Of a stretch of 37,094 nucleotides of DNA, positions 31,092 to 37,094 are shown piece after piece. Made by a program: the position numbers and the translations under genes. The DNA comes from an uncultured Actinomycetes bacterium (GTDB lineage Bacteria > Actinomycetota > Actinomycetes > Nanopelagicales > Nanopelagicaceae). The stretch is from contig CAYFJY010000001.1 of the NCBI GenBank assembly GCA_964343665.1, forward strand, positions 1 to 37,094, in the 5' to 3' direction. The notes under the pieces were generated by a model. That model had not been told where the DNA came from. It searched no databases and saw nothing but the letters and a program-made list of their open reading frames with translations. Position 1 is the first letter of the stretch. Every line of letters begins with the position of its first letter.

Positions 31092-31692
31092 AGTTCATAA
31101 GGATTGGTTTCATTTACAAGATTTCTCTAAAGCTTTGAAGATTCTAGAAGTTGTTGAAAGTAATGGCACCGCCTTCGCCCCCTCCTTAGATCGAGTATTA
31201 AGCGCTTACGCACTTGCACCGGAGCAGGTGCGAGTGGTTCTGGTTGGACAAGATCCATATCCAACTTTAGGAGATGCCACAGGGCTTGCATTCTCAGTAG
31301 AGCGCTCTACCAACCTACCCAGGTCGCTACGAAATATATTTACAGAGTTAGCTTCCGATACCGGTAAGGCTCTTCGAAACAATGGCAATCTCCAAGATTG
31401 GCATGAACAAGGCGTATTTCTAATCAACAGGACTTTGACCGTCCCTATTGGTAATTCAAATGGCCACCAAGATTTAGGTTGGGAGAATTTCACTAATCAA
31501 ACTGTTTCAATTCTCGGAAAACTCGGAGCGGTGGGTTTATTGATGGGAAAGAGCGCAGGCAAACTTTCCGTTCTTTTTAAAAAGTCTGTAATTACCGCTC
31601 ATCCAAGTCCACTGAGCGCAAACCGTGGGTTCTTTGGAAGTAGACCATTTTCGAAAGTAAACGAACTTCTCGATAAACCAATTGAGTGGTAA
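31063..31692 (+). CDS. ung: uracil-DNA glycosylase (family 1)
   Basis: Motifs: VVLVGQDPYP (water-activating loop), GLAFSV, GVFLINRTLTV, HPSPLSA. The ORF opens at 31033. The ATG at 31063 is my preferred start and still overlaps the ABC gene by 29 nt. The start is uncertain. Confidence 0.9.
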   Translation: MDDFSHALSKVHKDWFHLQDFSKALKILEVVESNGTAFAPSLDRVLSAYALAPEQVRVVLVGQDPYPTLGDATGLAFSVERSTNLPRSLRNIFTELASDTGKALRNNGNLQDWHEQGVFLINRTLTVPIGNSNGHQDLGWENFTNQTVSILGKLGAVGLLMGKSAGKLSVLFKKSVITAHPSPLSANRGFFGSRPFSKVNELLDKPIEW

Positions 31693-31726
31693 AGAAGAGA
31701 GCGCACCTCTCGATGCGCCCTCTTCT
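31693..31726. terminator. hairpin between convergent ung and purine-permease genes (candidate bidirectional terminator)
   Basis: AGAAGAGAGCGCA (31693-31705) pairs with TGCGCCCTCTTCT (31714-31726), giving 12 of 13 bp with an 8-nt loop. It starts 1 nt after the ung stop and lies 24 nt from the permease stop. There is no strong U-tract on either side. Confidence 0.6.
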
Positions 31727-31749
31727 CTGGTTACTTTAATTAACTAAGG

Positions 31750-33183
31750 CTAACCAATCCAGGTTGTGATGGGCGAGGATAGGAAGTAGACCATAAATAG
31801 AATTGCCACGGTGAGAAGCAATGGATGAACATCCTTGCGACGACCCTGTACATAGCGAATAACTACGTGAGAGACGAATCCTGCACCGATACCAACTGAG
31901 ATGCTGTATGTAAATGGCATTAAAATGATTGTCAAGAAAGCCGGAATCGCAATTCCTAGATCTGTCCAATCAATATCCTTTACTTGAGTCATCATCAAGA
32001 ATCCAACTATCACCAAAGCTGGTGTTGCTGCTTCGTAAGGAATAACAGCTACAAGCGGTGATAAGAATGTTGTTAGCAAGAAGCAAATACCTGTAACTAC
32101 TGAAGCCAAACCTGTTCGAGCACCTTCACCCACACCAGATGCGGATTCAATGTAAGAGGTGTTTGAAGAGATACTTCCAGCGCCACCAGCAACTGCAGCA
32201 AGTGAGTCAACTAGAAGGATCTTGTCGTTATTTGGCACATTACCTTCACGATCAATTAAACCTGCCTCATGACCGATAGCCGTGACAGTACCGACGGTAT
32301 CGAAGAAGTCAGATAGTAGAAGAGTAAAGACAAGCAAAATAGCTGAGATCATTGAGATACGGCTAAATGATCCAAGTAGATTGAAATGTCCAAGTAGAGA
32401 GAAATCCGGTGTTGCTAACAACTTATCCGGAAGAGCTGGCACATTTAATCCCCAACCCTTTGGATTTACCTTATCTGGAGCGACAAAGTTAGGACCGATC
32501 TTGAAAGCGTTTTCAAGAATGATTGCTAGAACTGTCGCAGAGACAATGCCGATTAATAGAGCGCCCTTAGCCTTCTTAACCATCAAAGCGATGATCAGGA
32601 GCAGGCCGAATGTGAAAACCACAATTGGCCAACCAACCAAACTGCCGCCATCACCAAGCTGAACTGGAACCGGTCCAGTTGCTGTGCGACGAACAAATCC
32701 AGAGTCGACAAGACCAATAAGCGCAATAAAGAGACCGATACCTACAGAAATTGCATACTTAAGTTGTTGTGGTACCGCTCTAAAAACTGCTTGGCGGAAA
32801 CCGGTTAAAACAAGAACCGTGATGATCAGACCTTCTAAAACAACAAGACCCATCGCATCGGCCCAAGTCATCTTTGTAGCAATGCCATAGGCAACGAAGC
32901 TATTTAAGCCCAGACCTGTTGCAAGTGCCAACGGGAAGTTTCCAACCAAGCCCATAACGATTGTAAGAACACCAGCGATGAGAGCTGTTGCCGCCGCAAT
33001 CAATGGCAGGTTAGGAGCGTCTGTTCCACCGATGAACTTTCCATCTGCATCCTTCACAAAGCCAAGGATCAATGGATTTAGAGCAACGATGTAAGCCATT
33101 GTGAAGAAGGTGACGAGGCCACCTCGAACTTCACGACCTACTGTGGAACCACGCTCAGAAATTTTGAATAGATTTTCGAGCAT
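31750..33183 (-). CDS. NCS2/AzgA-family purine (adenine/guanine/hypoxanthine) permease
   Basis: 477 aa and polytopic. The N-terminus LFKISERGSTVGREVRGGLVTFFTMAYIVALNPLIL is typical of the AzgA/PbuG/PurP subgroup. An AAGGAAG SD precedes the ATG. Confidence 0.88.
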   Translation of the reverse strand: MLENLFKISERGSTVGREVRGGLVTFFTMAYIVALNPLILGFVKDADGKFIGGTDAPNLPLIAAATALIAGVLTIVMGLVGNFPLALATGLGLNSFVAYGIATKMTWADAMGLVVLEGLIITVLVLTGFRQAVFRAVPQQLKYAISVGIGLFIALIGLVDSGFVRRTATGPVPVQLGDGGSLVGWPIVVFTFGLLLIIALMVKKAKGALLIGIVSATVLAIILENAFKIGPNFVAPDKVNPKGWGLNVPALPDKLLATPDFSLLGHFNLLGSFSRISMISAILLVFTLLLSDFFDTVGTVTAIGHEAGLIDREGNVPNNDKILLVDSLAAVAGGAGSISSNTSYIESASGVGEGARTGLASVVTGICFLLTTFLSPLVAVIPYEAATPALVIVGFLMMTQVKDIDWTDLGIAIPAFLTIILMPFTYSISVGIGAGFVSHVVIRYVQGRRKDVHPLLLTVAILFMVYFLSSPITTWIG

Positions 33184-33255
33184 TATCTTCCTTTACTGTT
33201 TTGGTTACCGGGGTGTTTTCGACCCGGAGGGGAAGTTGCCCTTAAAGAATAGGTG

Positions 33256-33918
33256 TTACTTGGAGGTAAATCGGGATACGACACCGAGAGCGATTGCAAT
33301 TGATTGCCCTATAAATAGGGCGAATATGGCAGTTCCTAACCCCACGCGACCACCAAGAGCCCAACCGATGGATAGGGCGCAGAGTTCAATCACCAATCGA
33401 ATGCGACCGACACGAACCCCAAGCAGATTATGGAGAGAGGTCATTAATCCATCTCTAGGTCCAGGACCCAGTCCACAAGTTATATAAAGCGCCGAACCAA
33501 TGCCGACCAAAGCCACACCAATAAAATCGTAGATAATTCCAATTGAATAATGATTTGCTACAGGAAAATTACTCACTCCGAATTGAATCGCCACTGCGAT
33601 TACAAGAATGTTAGCAAGAGTTCCGAATCCTGGTCTCTCTCCAAGTGGCCACCAGAAGAATAGAACTACAGCTGAAATTAAAAAGGTAGCGCTTCCCATG
33701 TTGATGCCCGATTTAAAAGAGAGCCCCTGAGCTAGAACCGACCAAGGTGCATTACCTGTGTGAGATTGCACCAACAAAGCATCGCCAAATCCAAAAATCG
33801 TTAGACCAAAAATAAGTATTGCAACTCTATTAAAGGATAGATCCCACCGTCCATTGGCTGTCCAAGGCGTGATTGGAATAGTTCTATGTGGTCGAAGAAA
33901 TTGAATCAACCAAGACAT
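33256..33918 (-). CDS. integral membrane protein of unknown function (YczE/YitT-like)
   Basis: 220 aa with about 6 hydrophobic segments. The motif CGLGPGPRDGLM resembles the YczE/COG2364 family (from memory). Function unknown. Confidence 0.55.
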   Translation of the reverse strand: MSWLIQFLRPHRTIPITPWTANGRWDLSFNRVAILIFGLTIFGFGDALLVQSHTGNAPWSVLAQGLSFKSGINMGSATFLISAVVLFFWWPLGERPGFGTLANILVIAVAIQFGVSNFPVANHYSIGIIYDFIGVALVGIGSALYITCGLGPGPRDGLMTSLHNLLGVRVGRIRLVIELCALSIGWALGGRVGLGTAIFALFIGQSIAIALGVVSRFTSK

Positions 33919-33948
33919 CTGCGCACTCTATCAGTTACCCTTATCGAT

Positions 33949-34680
33949 GTGTTTCCGGGGATTGGTTCTGTTCTAAATATCTCAACGATTCTTTTGGGAT
34001 CGGTTATAGGAATTTTTGTAGGTGAAAAACTCCGAGATAAGACCCGATCACTTATTACGGATGTTCTTGGACTTGTGACAATTCTTGGTGCTGCAGGAGC
34101 TATTGCACCGATTTTCAAAGATAGATATTTGCAATCGGTGCCCAATGGTTGGAGTGCAATGCCCATTTTGCTTGCGCTTCTAGTAGGTGGAATTGTCGGA
34201 TCCGTTTTGGACCTTGAAGATAAAGTCGAGAAATTCGGGGAGTACCTAAGGGGAAAATTTAAATCCAAAGAAGGTTCATTCGTAGAGGGATTCCTGGATG
34301 CTTCACTTCTTTTTGCAATCGGACCACTTGCAATTCTAGGTTCTATTAGCGATGGCATGGGCGCTGGCATAGATCAACTCGTTCTCAAATCTACGCTCGA
34401 CGGTTTTGCGTCAATTGCTTTCGCATCTAGTTTAGGTTGGGGAGTAGCCGCATCTGCAATCCCGGTAGGCCTTTATCAAGGAACGTGGACTTTAATAGGA
34501 CTTTTACTGGGAAATATTTTATCTGATTACCAAGTTGATGTGATGACGATTACCGGAGGTTTGCTCTTACTAGGAATTGGTATGCGCTTACTAAAATTTA
34601 AATTGATTCCAGTAGGTAATCTACTTCCCGCTCTTTTCCTAGCTCCAGTATTTGCTTTAGCGTTACATCAATTCGTATGA
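33949..34680 (+). CDS. DUF554-family membrane protein (YqgA/YdfK-like)
   Basis: The ORF opens at ATG 33886, which would overlap the divergent gene. The GTG at 33949 gives MFPGIGSVLNISTILLGSVIGIFVG, the typical DUF554 N-terminus. Also present are LGLVTILGA..., GSISDG and TITGGLLLLGIG. The start is uncertain. Confidence 0.7.
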   Translation: MFPGIGSVLNISTILLGSVIGIFVGEKLRDKTRSLITDVLGLVTILGAAGAIAPIFKDRYLQSVPNGWSAMPILLALLVGGIVGSVLDLEDKVEKFGEYLRGKFKSKEGSFVEGFLDASLLFAIGPLAILGSISDGMGAGIDQLVLKSTLDGFASIAFASSLGWGVAASAIPVGLYQGTWTLIGLLLGNILSDYQVDVMTITGGLLLLGIGMRLLKFKLIPVGNLLPALFLAPVFALALHQFV

Positions 34681-34696
34681 AAACATCACTTTTATC

Positions 34697-35737
34697 TTAG
34701 AAAGTTGAAGCATCAATTACAAATCTATATTTGACATCGCTCGCGACGGTTCGCTCGTATGCCTGATTCACGTAATCTGCCCCCACAACTTCAACGTCGC
34801 TAGTGATGTTATGTTGACCGGCGAAATTGAGCATCTCTTGCAATTCGGGCAAGCCACCAATCATCGAACCAGTTAGGGATTTTCTACCATCGAGTAAGGC
34901 ACCTGCACTTAGCGCATATGGTGCGTTCGGTACTCCAATGATGACCATAGTTCCGTCAATCTTTAAGATAGATAAATATGAGCTTATATCTATTAATGCG
35001 GATACTGTATTGAGGATTAAATCGAATTTACGGCGAAGCGGTTTTAGGTCATCTTTATTATTGATCACAACGAAATGTGCTGCACCCATTCTTAATGCAT
35101 CATCTCGTTTACCTTGGCTATGTGAGAGCACGGTTACCTCTGCTCCCATTGCGGCGGCAAACTTGACACCCATATGACCCAAACCGCCCAAGCCCATTAC
35201 TGCAACTTTCATTCCTGGACCCGTCTTAAAGTGGCGGATAGGAGAATAGAGAGTTATCCCAGCGCAGAGCAATGGAGCAACTCCTGCCATATCAAGGTTT
35301 CCGGGGATCGTTACTGCATAGTCTTGATCAATAACGAAGGCATGGGAATATCCACCAAATGCAATCGTTTTGCCGTCGCGTTCGTAACCGTTGTAGGTGC
35401 CTGTCATGCCCTCATCGCAATATTGCTGCATCCCAGAGTTACAAGGTTCACATTTGCGACAAGAGTCAATGAATACACCGACTCCAATGCGATCCCCAAC
35501 TTTAAATTTAGAGACTTGAGATCCAATCTCAGTCACATATCCGACTATCTCGTGTCCTGGGACCATAGGAAAGAGCGCCGGACCCCACTCTTCGCGAACT
35601 TGATGAATATCAGAATGGCAGATTCCAGCATGGGAGATCTGAAAGGCAACATCAGTCGGCGCAAGGTTTCGACGTTCAAATTCGTAAGGAACCAACGGTC
35701 CGCCTGCCTTTAAAGCAGCTAATCCTTTAACTTTCAT
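34697..35737 (-). CDS. NAD(P)-dependent Zn alcohol dehydrogenase (cinnamyl-ADH / YahK-AdhC-like)
   Basis: 346 aa. Catalytic Zn ligands GICHSDIH and GHEIVG are present. So are the structural Zn motif CRKCEPCNSGMQQYC and the Rossmann stretch VMGLGGLGHMGVKFA. An AAGGAG SD precedes the ATG. Confidence 0.92.
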   Translation of the reverse strand: MKVKGLAALKAGGPLVPYEFERRNLAPTDVAFQISHAGICHSDIHQVREEWGPALFPMVPGHEIVGYVTEIGSQVSKFKVGDRIGVGVFIDSCRKCEPCNSGMQQYCDEGMTGTYNGYERDGKTIAFGGYSHAFVIDQDYAVTIPGNLDMAGVAPLLCAGITLYSPIRHFKTGPGMKVAVMGLGGLGHMGVKFAAAMGAEVTVLSHSQGKRDDALRMGAAHFVVINNKDDLKPLRRKFDLILNTVSALIDISSYLSILKIDGTMVIIGVPNAPYALSAGALLDGRKSLTGSMIGGLPELQEMLNFAGQHNITSDVEVVGADYVNQAYERTVASDVKYRFVIDASTF

Positions 35738-35826
35738 TCCTACTCCTTTGAACTCCTATTAGAAATATTTTCATTGATTCTTAAACCATTGAAAATAAGT
35801 AAAAATGTTGAAATCTATTTAATTTT

Positions 35827-35876
35827 TCTTGACTACTCTTGATTATTCTTGACTATCGTCGACTACTCTTGAAAGG
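35827..35876. repeat. five tandem 10-bp direct repeats, consensus TCTTGACTAY
   Basis: Units: TCTTGACTAC (35827), TCTTGATTAT (35837), TCTTGACTAT (35847), CGTCGACTAC (35857), TCTTGAAAGG (35867). The array lies 90-140 nt upstream of the adh start on the minus strand and spans the tdk stop codon (35863-35865). Confidence 0.8.
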
Positions 35877-36522
35877 GAAGCGTTGGCGTTGATTGATGTG
35901 TTGCTTGGGAGGCTTTGGCATTTATCTTTCGCATATGATGTCTACGGCAGAGGACTTCATATGTCACCTCTTCTTTACTAGCTGCCTTATTATTCCCAGT
36001 GTCACCAACTACAACTTGCTCGCCTTCTGTAACCATCCTGCCATTTATGACACGGGCATTATGCGTTGCTGGCTCACCACACCAGCAGAGCGCTTTGACT
36101 TGTAAGGTTTCGACACGATCTGCCAGCTCTACCAATCTTTGAGAACCAGGGAAGAGCTTGGTACGAAAATCAGCCAATATCCCAAAAGCGTAAACATCAA
36201 TACCTAGACCATCTACCACCATGGCTAATTCTTCGATCTGTCTCTCACTGTAAAATTGAGCTTCATCGCAAATAATAAAATCGATTCTCTCGCCCAATGA
36301 CATTCTTTCAATCGTTAATCTATGAATATTCAGATGCTCATCTACCTCTATGGCGTTCTTCTGCAGCCCAAGACGAGATGAGATTAAACCCTCACCTGCG
36401 CGGTCTCGATTTGTGAAAATCAATCCATTGCGTCCACGCGTTTCATGATTGTGAGCAGTTTGCAGAGCAAGTGTCGATTTACCTGAATCCATTGTCCCGC
36501 AGTAGTAGATCAACTCAGCCAT
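35863..36522 (-). CDS. tdk: thymidine kinase
   Basis: 219 aa. P-loop YYCGTMDSGKSTLAL and FIICDEAQF are present, as are Zn-ribbon cysteines C.C...... and LCRRHH. It has a C-terminal tail of about 20 aa beyond the usual end. Confidence 0.95.
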   Translation of the reverse strand: MAELIYYCGTMDSGKSTLALQTAHNHETRGRNGLIFTNRDRAGEGLISSRLGLQKNAIEVDEHLNIHRLTIERMSLGERIDFIICDEAQFYSERQIEELAMVVDGLGIDVYAFGILADFRTKLFPGSQRLVELADRVETLQVKALCWCGEPATHNARVINGRMVTEGEQVVVGDTGNNKAASKEEVTYEVLCRRHHMRKINAKASQATHQSTPTLPFQE

Positions 36523-36573
36523 TAAAAATTCTCTCCACTTGACTAAATTAAAATGCCTAAAAAAGTTATCACA

Positions 36574-37094
36574 CTACACGACAAATATCGCATTGATCTC
36601 TAGGGTTGGAAATTCAGCTTTTAACTTCTCCCGACCTCCCAAGGCGGCTATTTCAAGAAGCACGCCTACCGAAGAGACTTTCGCACCTGTTGTTTGAATC
36701 AATTTGATGGCAGCGGCAAGGGTTCCACCTGTAGCCAATACGTCATCTACCAAGAAAACTTGCTCACCAGCTTTTGCTGCATCCTTATGGATTTCAATGA
36801 CATCAGTGCCGTACTCAAGTCCATATTCCTGACGATGCACATCATGTGGGAGTTTTCCTTTTTTACGAATAGGGATCACTCCGCGCTTGCTTCTGACTCC
36901 GATAGCAGCTGCGAAGAAGAAACCTCGAGCTTCAATACCAGCTATCAAATCTGCATCTGGATCTTTCGCGCTCATTATTTCCGCGACGGCGCTAAGGGCT
37001 TCTCCATCGCGTAGTAGAGGCGTGATGTCACGGAACATAATTCCAGGCGATGGATAGTCGGGAATATCGCGAATTAAGTTACGTAAGGTTGTCG
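36574..37094 (-). CDS. apt: adenine phosphoribosyltransferase (5' end runs off the window)
   Basis: PRPP motif VFLVDDVLATGGTLAAAIKL. The frame stays open upstream of the track's ATG (37038). There it encodes ...LIRDIPDYPSPGIMFRDITPLL, the conserved Apt N-terminal region, so the true start lies beyond 37094. Confidence 0.93.
   Translation of the reverse strand, partial: TTLRNLIRDIPDYPSPGIMFRDITPLLRDGEALSAVAEIMSAKDPDADLIAGIEARGFFFAAAIGVRSKRGVIPIRKKGKLPHDVHRQEYGLEYGTDVIEIHKDAAKAGEQVFLVDDVLATGGTLAAAIKLIQTTGAKVSSVGVLLEIAALGGREKLKAEFPTLEINAIFVV

Noticed and set aside
33184-33255. A possible purine riboswitch in the 72-nt leader of the purine permease.
   Set aside because: The minus-strand leader shows only a short CCGGG...CCCGG hairpin and an AAGGAAG SD. 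I cannot find the conserved purine-riboswitch junction and loop elements, and 72 nt leaves no room for an aptamer plus expression platform. A covariance-model scan would settle it.
35827-35876. Whether the 10-bp repeats could be a CRISPR array, a replication-origin iteron set or a DnaA-box cluster.
   Set aside because: The units are contiguous with no spacers and far shorter than CRISPR repeats. They do not match the TTATCCACA DnaA box, and the flanking genes (tdk, adh) are not origin-associated. I kept it as a candidate regulatory array instead.
36574-37038. The ORF-track start (ATG 37038) for apt, which gives a 154-aa protein.
   Set aside because: The frame remains open to the window edge, and the upstream codons encode LIRDIPDYPSPGI, the conserved Apt N-terminal segment. 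The gene is therefore truncated by the window, not short.
1-37094. A scan for mobile elements, prophage genes, toxin-antitoxin pairs, restriction-modification, CRISPR-Cas or other defence systems, and for tRNA/rRNA genes.
   Set aside because: Every ORF over about 80 aa outside shadow frames is assigned to a housekeeping, salvage or membrane family. No spacer is long enough for a tRNA (the largest are 125, 72, 71 and 70 nt, and none folds as a cloverleaf by eye). No inverted terminal repeats or integrase-like sequences were seen.

Overview
This window is a dense, almost gap-free stretch of chromosomal core from what looks like a low-GC, genome-streamlined actinobacterium. The gene order (DUF948-alaS-ruvX-mltG-aroE ... 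aroCKBQ-efp-nusB-pyrR-pyrBC-carAB ... mIHF/gmk-rpoZ-coaBC-metK-priA-def-fmt-rsmB-rpe ... hisEG), an mIHF domain and a PGKGP-loop EF-P are all actinobacterial hallmarks. A freshwater acI/Nanopelagicales-like origin is only my guess. Positions 32-29361 carry 31 co-directional + strand housekeeping genes, many joined by ATGA/GTGA/TAATG start-stop overlaps. They cover Ala-tRNA synthetase, the shikimate pathway, EF-P/NusB, a complete pyrR-regulated pyrimidine operon, nucleoid/transcription/CoA/SAM functions, PriA, the formyl-Met cycle, rsmB, rpe and hisEG. Positions 29367-37094 are a mixed-orientation block: a SerB split into ACT and HAD ORFs, an orphan ABC ATPase, ung, an AzgA-type purine permease, two membrane proteins of unknown function, a Zn-dependent alcohol dehydrogenase, tdk, and apt (cut by the window end). 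I recognise no rRNA/tRNA, CRISPR array, transposase/integrase, prophage, toxin-antitoxin or defence genes. I did not find a convincing novel multi-gene system. The most unusual observations are: (1) mIHF and guanylate kinase fused in one ORF; (2) a 10-bp-phased TCTTGACTAY direct-repeat array upstream of the adh gene; (3) an ACT/HAD split of SerB at an A5 run; (4) a PriA with degenerate helicase motifs; (5) a Firmicute-style pyrK-pyrD(1B)-pyrF(type 1) module inside an otherwise mycobacterium-like pyr operon, with a PyrR RNA site occluding the pyrR Shine-Dalgarno; and (6) likely leaderless divergent genes. All family assignments come from motif recognition and memory. No searches were run.
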